DNA from: a virus
Lineage: Duplodnaviria > Caudoviricetes
Virus record (IMG/VR): IMGVR_UViG_3300037424_000925
Coordinates: 1 to 62,443 of that record
Reading direction: 5' to 3' (one strand)
Length of the DNA: 62,443 bases
Shown one piece after another: positions 26,657-36,758 of the stretch. The position numbers and the translations under genes are program-made. Position 1 is the stretch's first letter, and every line of letters begins with the position of its first letter. Below the pieces are notes generated by a model that worked only from the letters and a program-made list of their open reading frames with translations, was not told where the DNA came from and did no database searches.

Positions 26657-26866
26657 ATGGCTAAAGTCAAAAAATACACCATCACGATAACGGAAACCGA
26701 TGATGGAAGAACACACATGAACCGCTTGAGTGATGGTTTTACCCCCCTGGAGCTTCTGGGAGCGATTGAGCTTACCAGGTCGGAGATTATAGACCAACTG
26801 CACGGCAAATTCAAACCTGATACGGTGACACGCCGGGTTGTGGAGGAGGAAGATGGACTTAGATAA
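26657..26866 (+). CDS. Hypothetical protein (MAKVKKYTITI...)
   Basis: Own GGAGGAG RBS; in frame with the frameshifted HNH. Confidence 0.65.
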   Translation: MAKVKKYTITITETDDGRTHMNRLSDGFTPLELLGAIELTRSEIIDQLHGKFKPDTVTRRVVEEEDGLR

Positions 26867-27104
26867 GCGTTATCAGGATTCGGATGGGATCCCGCACGAT
26901 ATAATGGAGATGGTTCGCTTAGAGACAGGATGGGCAGCGAGTCGAATTCAGGAAGGCGAAAAAGCGATTGAGGCGCTGAAGGAATGCCGGAGGTTTAATA
27001 AGTTACAGAATGACCTTGAGGCGTATCTCTTCTACATGGCAGAATGGGCGCTCAACAACAAGATGAAACCCGACCCGAAAAATTACGGAGTGCGAAAGGA
27101 TTAA
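26853..27104 (+). CDS. Hypothetical protein
   Basis: GGAGGA RBS. Confidence 0.55.
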   Translation: MDLDKRYQDSDGIPHDIMEMVRLETGWAASRIQEGEKAIEALKECRRFNKLQNDLEAYLFYMAEWALNNKMKPDPKNYGVRKD

Positions 27105-27106
27105 TA

Positions 27107-30034
27107 ATGGCAAGACCGCAGAAAATGCCGCCATCTGATTTTCGCACGCACGACCCGGCCCCATCAGCGGGAATCTTGGATGGTGGTGAGGGGATGATTC
27201 GGTGGTGCGAGGAAAAGGTGAACGTCTCGATTACGCCGTTCGGTTCAGCGGTGTCGATGTGGGTTCCGCTGGGAAATTTGCCGACAGAGAAGCATCCTGT
27301 CACTGGGCGGTCGTACCGAGATATGTGGGAAGGGCAGAAGGATGTTCTCCGCGAGGCGCTGGTGATGGAGAATGGGGAGTATCTACATCGGTTAATTATT
27401 CTATGTTGGCCTCGCGGAGAGGGAAAGTGTCAAGGAAAGGGATCTCAAATCTTAATGTTCGATGGATCAACCAAAAAGGTCGAAGATGTTGTGGTTGGGG
27501 ATCTTCTTATGGGCAACGACAACACTCCTCGAAAGGTCCTGTCTTTGGCAAGCGGGAAAGAAGAGATGTATGAAGTTGTGCCTATGCGAGGGGAACCAAT
27601 GGTTGTGACTGCTGACCATGTTTTGTCCCTGAAGCGCCGGAGGTCGCGTCTCCATAAGAGAGGGAAGCTCTTTGAAGACCCTAAAGTTGGAGAAATTATT
27701 GACATATCGTTGCGGGATTACCAGAAGCAGAATCAATGGTTTAAGGATCTTCACCTCCTTTATCGCGTTCCCATCGAATGGGAAGAGCAGACGGTAGACA
27801 TTGACCCCTACTTGCTGGGGCTATGGCTTGGGGACGGAAGCTCCAACATCTCTGCAATTACAAACATGGATAAAGAAGTCGTTGATTACCTGTATGCCTT
27901 TGCGGATAAAGCCGGGATGAGGATTGCAGCTTATAGGAGAAAACAAGGGGGTAAAGCGTCTCTATATCGAATTGTTACCGACAATAGGGGCAAGAAGAAC
28001 GGAAATAATCTCCTGAATGCACTAAGGGAATACGACCTTATCAAGAATAAGCATATTCCACAGGCGTATAAGATCAACTCCCGGGATATTAGGCTGAAGC
28101 TCCTTGCCGGGCTTGTTGATAGTGACGGATACATCAACAGGAATTCAATCCAGATTACGATAAAGGTAAAGCAACTCGCAGAAGACATTGTCTTTCTGGC
28201 GCAATCATTGGGATTCCATGCTGCGATGAAGTTATGCACGAAGGGGATTAAAAGTATCGGTTTTCAGGGAGAATATTACAGGATTGGAATCTCTGGAGAT
28301 TGTTCAGTGGTTCCCACTGCCATTGAAAGGAAAAAGGTCAGAGGCAGAAGCCCGTGGAAGAACATTCTTGTTACGGGCATCAGAGAGGTCCGGTCTGTTG
28401 GCGAGCGGGAATACTACGGGTTCACGCTGGACGGCAACGGCAGGTATGTGACTGCTGATTTTACCGTTACCCATAACTCTCTCATAGTGTGTATGCTGGA
28501 GCTTTACCGCTTTTTCAACTTCCCCAGGCAGAAGATAGTTTGTGGTGCCAATTCAAAAGATCAGTCCCAGTTTGTCCATTATGATATTATGAAGAGTATC
28601 GTCCTTCATAGCCCGAGGCTTTTGGCTGAGATAGGCAGAAAGGGGGTGCAGCAGAAGGGGTTGTACTATCTGGACAAGAACGGTTCCCCGCAGTCGGAGA
28701 TACGAACTATTTCATCTTTTTCGGGAATTGTGTCGAATATCAACTCTTATACCTTTTCCGAAATGTTTCAGCAGCGCAAAGCGGATTTCTTTGTTCAGCT
28801 GGACGGATCGATTAGAAATATTCCGAACGCCATGGGATGTATTGATTCCACGGTTTCGGACAAACAGCATCAGCTTTACCGTTTGTACGATGCTTCATTG
28901 AAAGAGCAGGATCCGACCCTCTACTTTTCGTATCGGTACAGTAAGGAAGGAAATCCGGACGATTACTGGAACCCGAATATGACACAGGCACAGCTGGATT
29001 CGTACCGGATTAAGTTCCCATTCGGGGATTTTGAGCGGTACTTTCTGAATCTGTGGGAAGCTGGCGGGGACAAGGTTTTTTCTCTGGAAATGATTGAGGC
29101 GATGCACTTGCTTGGCGTGGATAAGACTCCGAACGTTCACCGGATGATGATGGACATGATTAAGACAAAAAACAAGTTTTATCAGCAGAAAGAAGAATTG
29201 GCTGATTCCGGAATTGAGGCGACTGCCCGGTTCGAGACGTTGGAGATCGAGAAACGGTTGTGGCCTGTGGAAGATGTTTACCAGTTGAGGAATAAGCAGA
29301 ACAGGCCTCAACTGGCTACTATGATGGACTTGGAGACATTGAGTGACATTTACGATACCCATTGGTCAATCATTGGGGCCCTTGACCGTGGCGACCCAAT
29401 GAAGCAGAAGACTTCGGCCAGGTCGATCGTGGTGGGGTTGGCCAAAGGTTTGATTGGCAGCAGGAGTAATCCGTTTGCGGCCGCCGATGGAGAAGCGCCG
29501 GCGTACTTGTATTTTGTCATTCACCTGCACAATGTTGAGGATCATTCGTTAGAAGGAATAAAAAATCAATTTCAGATGCTTCACGACGAGTTCGATGGTT
29601 TGGATATGATCGGCGGCGAGCGTTGGGGGGCGTGGGACTTGGCGCCGTGGTGTGAGGAACGGGATATCGCTTTGGATTTATGGGTGGCAACCTATGACCG
29701 GCAGAAGGCGATGTTCTCTGAGTTCTTTACGGCGGTGAAGTTTGGCAGGTTCAAGATTCCGCCTGTGGCTGTTGCCGGGTACAGGATGGACGATATTTTT
29801 GATGAAGAGGCCGAAGTGTTCGATCACGACCCTCCGGCGTCAGGCAAGAAGGCGGGATTCTTTGGGAGCCCGGAGAAGAATTTGAAGGACGGTGTGCAGG
29901 ATGATGTGATGTTTACCATTGGTGGGGCGATTTACGCCGGGAGGACTTTGTCGGTGACGAACTTTCGGGACAGGAAGGGCACGAAGAATTTCAGTTTGTT
30001 CTTTCCTTCGAAGGGGTTGTTGGGGGATTATTAA
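27107..30034 (+). CDS. terL: Terminase large subunit containing an intein
   Basis: Walker A PRGEGK|S, GANSKDQS, C-terminal nuclease DDVMF; precedes portal. Confidence 0.85.
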   Translation: MARPQKMPPSDFRTHDPAPSAGILDGGEGMIRWCEEKVNVSITPFGSAVSMWVPLGNLPTEKHPVTGRSYRDMWEGQKDVLREALVMENGEYLHRLIILCWPRGEGKCQGKGSQILMFDGSTKKVEDVVVGDLLMGNDNTPRKVLSLASGKEEMYEVVPMRGEPMVVTADHVLSLKRRRSRLHKRGKLFEDPKVGEIIDISLRDYQKQNQWFKDLHLLYRVPIEWEEQTVDIDPYLLGLWLGDGSSNISAITNMDKEVVDYLYAFADKAGMRIAAYRRKQGGKASLYRIVTDNRGKKNGNNLLNALREYDLIKNKHIPQAYKINSRDIRLKLLAGLVDSDGYINRNSIQITIKVKQLAEDIVFLAQSLGFHAAMKLCTKGIKSIGFQGEYYRIGISGDCSVVPTAIERKKVRGRSPWKNILVTGIREVRSVGEREYYGFTLDGNGRYVTADFTVTHNSLIVCMLELYRFFNFPRQKIVCGANSKDQSQFVHYDIMKSIVLHSPRLLAEIGRKGVQQKGLYYLDKNGSPQSEIRTISSFSGIVSNINSYTFSEMFQQRKADFFVQLDGSIRNIPNAMGCIDSTVSDKQHQLYRLYDASLKEQDPTLYFSYRYSKEGNPDDYWNPNMTQAQLDSYRIKFPFGDFERYFLNLWEAGGDKVFSLEMIEAMHLLGVDKTPNVHRMMMDMIKTKNKFYQQKEELADSGIEATARFETLEIEKRLWPVEDVYQLRNKQNRPQLATMMDLETLSDIYDTHWSIIGALDRGDPMKQKTSARSIVVGLAKGLIGSRSNPFAAADGEAPAYLYFVIHLHNVEDHSLEGIKNQFQMLHDEFDGLDMIGGERWGAWDLAPWCEERDIALDLWVATYDRQKAMFSEFFTAVKFGRFKIPPVAVAGYRMDDIFDEEAEVFDHDPPASGKKAGFFGSPEKNLKDGVQDDVMFTIGGAIYAGRTLSVTNFRDRKGTKNFSLFFPSKGLLGDY
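27428..28477 (+). mobile_element. Intein (350 aa) with LAGLIDADG homing endonuclease
   Basis: N-term CQGKGSQILMFDGS, block B VTADH, LLGLWLGDG and LLAGLVDSDG, C-term VTHN|S. Confidence 0.95.
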
Positions 30035-30061
30035 CTATGTTGTCTAACGGAGGATTTAAAA

Positions 30062-30421
30062 ATGAATATCACAGAAGCAATTTTAAGTACAGGATCGTCA
30101 GGCGCGGTAATGGTCGAGAAAATCAAAGTGTATGGAACCATCGTAGATGTATTTGTTGATTCCGTTAACGCCAAGCAAGGGATGAGGCCCAATGCGATAA
30201 AGGCTATCGGGGCCAAATTGGCGCGGGCAGGGATTCAGTTATTCATTGTGGCGCCGGATGCGGTCGTGACGGCATACTTGAAATGGCGGACCTTGGCGTC
30301 GATCAACGAGGATCCGGAGCAGACAGTGGAATATTACGCTGAACTTCTTTTAGAGATGAGGCGGGATCTCGATCCGGATACCAAGTTTGATGTGGAGACG
30401 GCGATGGATTTGTGGGGATAG
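30062..30421 (+). CDS. Hypothetical protein
   Basis: GGAGG RBS, 119 aa. Confidence 0.6.
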   Translation: MNITEAILSTGSSGAVMVEKIKVYGTIVDVFVDSVNAKQGMRPNAIKAIGAKLARAGIQLFIVAPDAVVTAYLKWRTLASINEDPEQTVEYYAELLLEMRRDLDPDTKFDVETAMDLWG

Positions 30422-30526
30422 GAAAAAAATTGACAACAGGACAACGGAGTGGTATCAATCAAGAAGGCGACAACCTATGGGGGGTTATCGCCTTCTTCCA
30501 TAACCACATATCAGGGGTATGTAGCC

Positions 30527-31267
30527 ATGCAAGATTCCACTCTAAAGAAACCATCCGAAAAAGTCAAGCAGAAACATTCGAAGCAATGGTATATTGACAG
30601 GCTTGTCAATAGATATGGAAAGGACATTATAAGTGATTTAAAAGAGTTAAAAACAAATTATGGCATTACGCTTGAGATGGTAGGGGAGAAACATGGGTTT
30701 ACGAGGGAGTATGCGAGGAATGCTTTCGAAATAGTAGTGGGTAAAGCTTATACGGAATACTTAAAGAAGAAAAGGGATAAGGTAAAAAGTGATATGGCCT
30801 CATTGTCTTGTTGCCATGATCCCAGGCGTAAAGTCGCTGAATATAAAAAAGATAGTTATCATTTTACAGGAGCCAAAGGGGAACTTGTTGTTTTCCAAAA
30901 ATGTCAAGACCTCGGTTATGAAGTAGAAAGTCCTTGTGGTGCGCTGATAGATCTTGTGGTAAATGGTTATCAAGTGGAGGTGAAAACGGCTACTTTTGGG
31001 CATTACCATGGAAGTGGTGGCATTTATTATTATAGGTTCAGCGTTAGTCAACGTCAAATAGATAAGGCTGATTTTATAGCATGCTACGTTATTCCAACTG
31101 GGTTGGTATATGTTATCCCATCTGAATACGCCTCAAAAGCCATATATCTAAGGGTATCCCCTGACCCAAAATTAGATTATAAATCAATAAAGGTGCTTAC
31201 ATGGGAAAGCTACAAAGAGGCATGGTATTTATTGGCGAACCAAACCACGCCGTGCAGTCCAACATAA
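30527..31267 (+). CDS. HTH + PD-(D/E)XK nuclease (free-standing homing endonuclease-like)
   Basis: TLEMVGEKHGFTREYARN HTH; GAKGE, IDLVVNGYQVEVKT, ADF, YVIP, YKEAW. Confidence 0.7.
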   Translation: MQDSTLKKPSEKVKQKHSKQWYIDRLVNRYGKDIISDLKELKTNYGITLEMVGEKHGFTREYARNAFEIVVGKAYTEYLKKKRDKVKSDMASLSCCHDPRRKVAEYKKDSYHFTGAKGELVVFQKCQDLGYEVESPCGALIDLVVNGYQVEVKTATFGHYHGSGGIYYYRFSVSQRQIDKADFIACYVIPTGLVYVIPSEYASKAIYLRVSPDPKLDYKSIKVLTWESYKEAWYLLANQTTPCSPT

Positions 31268-31331
31268 TGACGGAAATAAAATTGCGTTGGGATTAATTGC
31301 ATTTTTATTCTTGCAAAACAAAAAAAAGTGC

Positions 31332-31361
31332 TTGACAAAAGATTATTCTTAGAGTTATGTT
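31332..31361 (+). promoter_or_regulatory. Sigma70-like promoter ahead of head operon
   Basis: TTGACA-N18-TATGTT with A-rich upstream element. Confidence 0.5.
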
Positions 31362-31382
31362 TAAACCCAATGAGGGTAGGCC

Positions 31383-31559
31383 TTGGCAACAACCAGACCG
31401 TATGAGACTTATCTAAGAGGCTCGGATGATGTAAAGTCAATTAAAGTGATATGTATTAAGTGTCACGGTGTTTTATTCATTGCAGAGAAAGATTTCGACA
31501 GGAGACCTCACGGGATAGAAATCAAATGTCGTAAATGCGGCTTTTGTAATAAGATGTAA
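31383..31559 (+). CDS. Com-like Zn-ribbon regulator (58 aa, TTG start)
   Basis: Translated by hand: CIKCHGVLF...IEIKCRKCGFCN; not in ORF track. Confidence 0.7.
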   Translation: MATTRPYETYLRGSDDVKSIKVICIKCHGVLFIAEKDFDRRPHGIEIKCRKCGFCNKM

Positions 31560-31610
31560 AAAATACGAGCGCTTCGAGCGCCAAATTCACCTTCCACAGA
31601 GCTTTTCGAA

Positions 31611-31672
31611 AGCCCGGAACAAGCAAGCGGACCTGCACAGTCGCGCTAATGCCTGTTTCCGGGCTTTTTTTT
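31611..31672 (+). terminator. Long terminator-like hairpin before portal gene
   Basis: AGCCCGGAAC...TTTCCGGGCT followed by T7. Confidence 0.65.
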
Positions 31673-31696
31673 GGCCATTGGCCAAACAGGGGATAA

Positions 31697-33403
31697 ATGT
31701 CAGACGAAATTACGCTTGATCAGATTCCGGACGAGTACCTTGAGGCGATGGCCAGGGAGTTTCCCTCGATCAACATGAGTGTTCCCTGGCAGTACGACAC
31801 GGGAACCGGATCATATCGGGGAAGTGCTCAACAAAGCGATATGGACGCAGATGGCGCACCTTTCCACATGGGATCGGACAAAGACGATTCTTCTTTTACC
31901 CGGGAAAAACTTCAAGAACAATGTTGGCTTAAATTTCAGAGGACGCCACAGGTCAACACAGCCATACGCGGTCAGGTTGGTCGGATGGCCGGTTACGGGT
32001 TTGAAATCAGTTCTGACATTGAACAGATTCAAGCCGCCATTGAAGAGATTGAGCTGGATCCCCGAAATAGGCTTTACAATTATTGGCCAAAGTATGTGGC
32101 CCGGAGCATCATCGAAGGTGAACTCAGAACCTGTTGCACAGTACATGACGACGGCTTTGTTGAGGTGGATTTCATTGATCCCGTGGTTGTGCAGTCTGGG
32201 AGCGTGGCAGATGGATCAGGTATTATCTATCATCCCAACAAGACCTCCATGCCTCTTATCTATTGCATCAAAGACGACGATCTCAATAAGCAAATAGACG
32301 AACAAATACCATCCATTTTCATTGCCAGATATCCGGAGCTCATGGCTGTTGCCAAAGCGCAACCGGGCTTTGACGCCAATAAGCTGAAAGCGAGCCGCAG
32401 TCGGAAGTCGAAGTTCAAACGCATCGGCGGTTTCAAGCGGTTCATCATCGAGTGGGATAAGTCCTATATCACGAAGCGGAACATCGGCCACGTCAGGACC
32501 ATCCTTGAGTGGCTGAATCATTGGGAGAATCTCAAGAAATACGAAATTGATCATAAGAAATCTTCCGGCGCGTATGTGTGGGCGTTTCAGTTCAAAGATG
32601 TCAGGTCGTGGATTGAGTGGATGCGGATGTCGGATGCAGACCGGGCGCAGACCGGCATAGCGGCGGCGAAGACTCCCGGAGGGTCTATTGTGTTGGGCCC
32701 CAATATGGAAGTGAAGTGTATTAATCCTACGCTTCCGAAGATATCGGATTCCGACACGGACATTTTGCAGCAGGTCATCAGCGGATTGAATGAGCCGGAG
32801 GATGTTGCCACAGGGACAAGCAAGGGGACATTTGCATCGGTGAAAGCGAGCCGGGGTCCTATGAGCGATCGGGTGAGCGACGAGATAAGCTATTTCGAGA
32901 AGTTCTTGAGGCACGACTTCTGGGGAGGCATCTTCTTCCTGAAAAGCAAGGTTAGCGACTTTCCGGAAACATTTTCTATCGAGGAGGCGACTACCTTCAG
33001 AAATCAGGAACCGCAGTTCAAGCAGGTCAAGAAACGGCCGGAGATGTTAATCGATATCAACTTCCCCATGAGTGAGGTGAACGATGCGGAGGCACGGTCC
33101 CGGGCGTTCTTTGGTTCAAAGCATGCTTCCTTGCACGACACTGCCGGCGTTCCCTTGAGTGAGCTGGTGAAGAAGATGGGCTTTGGGAACTTCCGGAAGC
33201 TGAGACTACAGTACGAGACTGAAAAGAAGAAATATCCGGAACTGCCTTTAGCGATGGACGCGGAGAGCGCCCAGGAGCGATTGCAGGCAGAACCGTCACA
33301 GAGTAACCCGGGCGGCGAGAAAGTTAAGCCAGAGCAGAAAGATAAAAATAACAAGGAGGACAAGCCAAGTGGACAAGATAAGCCTAAGCCGACTGGCAAG
33401 TAA
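31697..33403 (+). CDS. Portal protein
   Basis: Size 568 aa, position between terL and protease; ARSIIEGE..C, FIDP..V pattern. Confidence 0.75.
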   Translation: MSDEITLDQIPDEYLEAMAREFPSINMSVPWQYDTGTGSYRGSAQQSDMDADGAPFHMGSDKDDSSFTREKLQEQCWLKFQRTPQVNTAIRGQVGRMAGYGFEISSDIEQIQAAIEEIELDPRNRLYNYWPKYVARSIIEGELRTCCTVHDDGFVEVDFIDPVVVQSGSVADGSGIIYHPNKTSMPLIYCIKDDDLNKQIDEQIPSIFIARYPELMAVAKAQPGFDANKLKASRSRKSKFKRIGGFKRFIIEWDKSYITKRNIGHVRTILEWLNHWENLKKYEIDHKKSSGAYVWAFQFKDVRSWIEWMRMSDADRAQTGIAAAKTPGGSIVLGPNMEVKCINPTLPKISDSDTDILQQVISGLNEPEDVATGTSKGTFASVKASRGPMSDRVSDEISYFEKFLRHDFWGGIFFLKSKVSDFPETFSIEEATTFRNQEPQFKQVKKRPEMLIDINFPMSEVNDAEARSRAFFGSKHASLHDTAGVPLSELVKKMGFGNFRKLRLQYETEKKKYPELPLAMDAESAQERLQAEPSQSNPGGEKVKPEQKDKNNKEDKPSGQDKPKPTGK

Positions 33404-34808
33404 GGTCATAAATACCCCACTGATGATTCTGCCGGATAAGCTGGAAGTTATCCTTAACGTCATAGGGGACCGTATTGGGGTTGGTTCGGTGGAGATTGAA
33501 GAGACCCTCGGATACTCCGCAGAAAAGATGCAGAAGAAGAAAGCAACGTGGCAAAGTGAGTCCAGGGATATCTCCGTTGTTCCTGTGTACGGATCGCTTG
33601 TGAATCGGACACATGGGTTAGACGCCATGAGTGGGCTGACCACTTATGACAGTATTCGGAACGACTTTCGTGCGGCGCTTGAATCGAACTCCAAAGCGAT
33701 ATTGTTGGACATTGACAGCTACGGCGGTGAGGCGGCCGGGGTTATGGATTTATCCGATGACATCTTTCAGGCCAGAGGTAAAAAGCCGATTTATGCCCTT
33801 GCCAACGAAGCGGCGTTCTCTGCGGCTTATGCAATCGCATCAGCTGCAGACCGGATCTTTTTATCCAGGACCGGCCATGTTGGATCGATTGGAGTGATTG
33901 CGGTTCACAAGGACCAGAGTGTGGCCAACGAGAAAGCTGGGTTGAAGTACACCACTGTTTTCAAGGGAGATCGCAAAGCGGATTTAAGTCCTCACGCCCC
34001 GTTATCCGATGAAGGGAAAGCCATCCTCGAAGAAGAAGTTTCTGAGCATTACGATTTGTTCACACAAACTGTTGCCAGGAACCGCGGCCTAAAGGTTGCG
34101 GAAGTCATCGCTACCCAGGCGGGGATGTTCATGGGCCAGAAGGCCGTAGATAGAGGGTTGGCTGACGAGGTTGTCTCGCCCAGTCAAGTAACCGAAAAAA
34201 TCTTAGCAGAGTTACGGAATCACGACGAGGAGGAGGTGATTGGAATGTCAGTAAAAGAAACCACGGAAACTGCTGAAAAGGAGGTGAAGATCATGAATTT
34301 ACAGGAGTTGAAAGAGAAACACCCTGACCTGGTTGCCGCGATTGCGGGAGAGGTCGAGACGAAAATGGCCACGAAGTTTGCCAGTGACAAGGAAGCCATT
34401 GTTCAGGAGAAGGAGTCCCTGAGGCAGACGGTTCTGAAGCTGGAAAAAGCCGAGGCGATTCGTCAGGAACGGGATCTCAAGGCGGAAGCCGACAACGTAT
34501 GGGTAAACGCGCTGCGGGATAGTGACATCCCCGAAAGGTTGCATGTCAAAGTCCAGAAGCAAGTGTCCTACACGAAGTTCGTGAAGGACGGCATCCTGGA
34601 TCAGGCATCGTTCACTGAGGCTGTAAAAGCCGAAGTGGAAGATTGGGAAGCCAGGGGCGCGACAGATACCGTGATGGGAGTAGGGTTCTCATCCAAGGAC
34701 GTTGTAGATAGTGAAACAAAAGCGGAGCAGAAGGCCGCGCAAGAAGACGATGCGCTGGTAGACGAGTTGTTTGCCAAAACCATCGGAAACAGAGGGGAGG
34801 TGAAGTAA
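33369..34808 (+). CDS. S49 family prohead protease with C-terminal scaffold
   Basis: ILLDIDSYGGE, AFSAAYAIAS, VGSIGV, VARNR, GLAD; coiled-coil C-terminus. Confidence 0.9.
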   Translation: MDKISLSRLASKVINTPLMILPDKLEVILNVIGDRIGVGSVEIEETLGYSAEKMQKKKATWQSESRDISVVPVYGSLVNRTHGLDAMSGLTTYDSIRNDFRAALESNSKAILLDIDSYGGEAAGVMDLSDDIFQARGKKPIYALANEAAFSAAYAIASAADRIFLSRTGHVGSIGVIAVHKDQSVANEKAGLKYTTVFKGDRKADLSPHAPLSDEGKAILEEEVSEHYDLFTQTVARNRGLKVAEVIATQAGMFMGQKAVDRGLADEVVSPSQVTEKILAELRNHDEEEVIGMSVKETTETAEKEVKIMNLQELKEKHPDLVAAIAGEVETKMATKFASDKEAIVQEKESLRQTVLKLEKAEAIRQERDLKAEADNVWVNALRDSDIPERLHVKVQKQVSYTKFVKDGILDQASFTEAVKAEVEDWEARGATDTVMGVGFSSKDVVDSETKAEQKAAQEDDALVDELFAKTIGNRGEVK

Positions 34809-34809
34809 C

Positions 34810-35499
34810 ATGGCATTAGGACAAACTCCATACGTTTTTAAAGGGGGACAGGAAGACCTGAGAAGGCTTTTCTACAGTGACCCCACGAAGGCGTTCGCAA
34901 AGGTGATAACCATCCCTGCGGGCTACGGTGTTATACCGGCAGGCGCTTTGATGGGCCTCATTTCGGAAAGCACAAACAGGGTGGGACAGTATGTGCCGTA
35001 TGCCCAGTTTGACGCCGTTGGAAATCAAGCGGCTGGCATCAGTAATGCTTTTGGGTTGGCGTTCATGGTGAATGATCCATCTACCGGAACATCGGTGCAT
35101 GTGACTATGGCAGACAGTTATAAGTTTGCCGTTGGTGATCATCTGGTTGCGGCAGATAGTGATTTAACCCCGAAGGACTTGGGAGCGATTACTGCCATTG
35201 ACCGGACCACTTACACGCACATTGCGGTGCTTACGGTGACGAGCGCGTGTGATTCTGAAACGCAGGCTAAGGGAGCCGCCGTTACCATCCAGACCACAAC
35301 GGCAACACCCTATGTGAAAGCAGTCGGTGTTTTGAAAGCCGGTGTTGACACAGGGACCGGAGAAAACGCAAAGGGAGCACAGGGTGTGCTGGTGATTAAA
35401 AACGCCATGCTGTATGTGAACAGCCTGTATAACTACAACGCAGACGTTTTAACGGATCTGAGCTGGGCTTCAGCAGATAGCCAGTACCTGATCCTATAA
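34810..35499 (+). CDS. Head decoration protein with inserted beta domain
   Basis: TIPAGYGVIPAGALMG...AVGVL; position before capsid gene. Confidence 0.65.
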   Translation: MALGQTPYVFKGGQEDLRRLFYSDPTKAFAKVITIPAGYGVIPAGALMGLISESTNRVGQYVPYAQFDAVGNQAAGISNAFGLAFMVNDPSTGTSVHVTMADSYKFAVGDHLVAADSDLTPKDLGAITAIDRTTYTHIAVLTVTSACDSETQAKGAAVTIQTTTATPYVKAVGVLKAGVDTGTGENAKGAQGVLVIKNAMLYVNSLYNYNADVLTDLSWASADSQYLIL

Positions 35500-35521
35500 T
35501 ATAGAAAGGAGGTGATACGAG

Positions 35522-36745
35522 ATGCCTATAGGAATTAATGACATACCTGCACTTAGATTGACAGTGCTAAACAAGTTGGTTACGAAGTATTTGAATCCGC
35601 CCAACCTGATCCTGAGAAACATGTTCGGGGCAGTGAATTACGAGTCGGACCTCATCGAATGGGAAAGCCAGATTGGAAGCAGGGGGCTTACCCCTTTTGC
35701 GGCCGAGGATGCTGAATCTCCCGCCGCATCTGTACCGGGTACCGGGATGAACTCCGCCCAGGCGGCTTTCTGGAAAGAACGAACATTCTTTGGAGTTTCT
35801 TTCCTTAACAACATCCGGCAACCAGGGACAGACCGTATGTATCAGAACGCGGCCAGGACACTGGCGAACCAGACCAGGAACCTCAGTAACCGCAGCTACC
35901 GCAGAGAAGAGTGGATGGCGGCGCAGATGCTTTGTAATGACGGTTTTACCTACAAAGACAAGAACGGCGCCTACATTACCCTCGACTACGGTATTCCTGA
36001 TGCCAATAAGGTAACGCTTGGTACGGACTACAAGTGGGAAGCAGGGACGAAACGGAACATTGTCGAAGACATTATGGACGCGAAACTTGTGGTGGCCAAC
36101 GCCAATGCCGGTGTGCTTAATCACGCCATTTTCACAACCGAAGTTCTCAAGCTGATGATGCTGGATGATTCCATCCAGACGACTTTGCAAAAATCGGCTT
36201 TCGGAAGTGGGGATCTGTTTGCGAACCCGACGAACGTGATTGGGAGTCTGATCGGTATTGGGCAGATGCACCTTTATGATGAGGCGTATCAGATCCGAGC
36301 TTGGTTGACTTCAGCCCTGGCCTCTGGAGCCGGTCCTCATACCGTGTATGTTGACGATACGGTGGATTTTGAAGTGGGTGGGACCCTGACTTGTCTGGAT
36401 ACATCCGCAAAAACGACCGAAACCCTAACCATCACGGCGGTCACTACAAACAGTGGTACGCTGACGGCGACCGGGACTCTTGCGTCAAGTTACAAGGCGA
36501 TGGAAGACTGTGTCTACATGACGAAGAAGTTCATTCCTACGACCAAGTTTGTAATGTGGGCCGACAATGTGGAAGGCGAGCCTATCGCTGAAATCATGAA
36601 AGCCCCCCATGAGCTTGCAAGACGATGGGGACAGCAAATGGACCGTTGGACGGTGCAGGATCCGGACGGGATTTTTCTGCGAGTAGAGGATAAGGGTCTT
36701 CCTGTTTTGTATCATGAAGACGCCGTTTATCAACTGACCATATAA
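35522..36745 (+). CDS. Major capsid protein (lambda gpE-like) with insertion domain
   Basis: RREEWMAAQML, LDYGIP, KWE...IVEDI, GLPVL motifs. Confidence 0.85.
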   Translation: MPIGINDIPALRLTVLNKLVTKYLNPPNLILRNMFGAVNYESDLIEWESQIGSRGLTPFAAEDAESPAASVPGTGMNSAQAAFWKERTFFGVSFLNNIRQPGTDRMYQNAARTLANQTRNLSNRSYRREEWMAAQMLCNDGFTYKDKNGAYITLDYGIPDANKVTLGTDYKWEAGTKRNIVEDIMDAKLVVANANAGVLNHAIFTTEVLKLMMLDDSIQTTLQKSAFGSGDLFANPTNVIGSLIGIGQMHLYDEAYQIRAWLTSALASGAGPHTVYVDDTVDFEVGGTLTCLDTSAKTTETLTITAVTTNSGTLTATGTLASSYKAMEDCVYMTKKFIPTTKFVMWADNVEGEPIAEIMKAPHELARRWGQQMDRWTVQDPDGIFLRVEDKGLPVLYHEDAVYQLTI

Positions 36746-36758
36746 AGGGGGTGATGGC

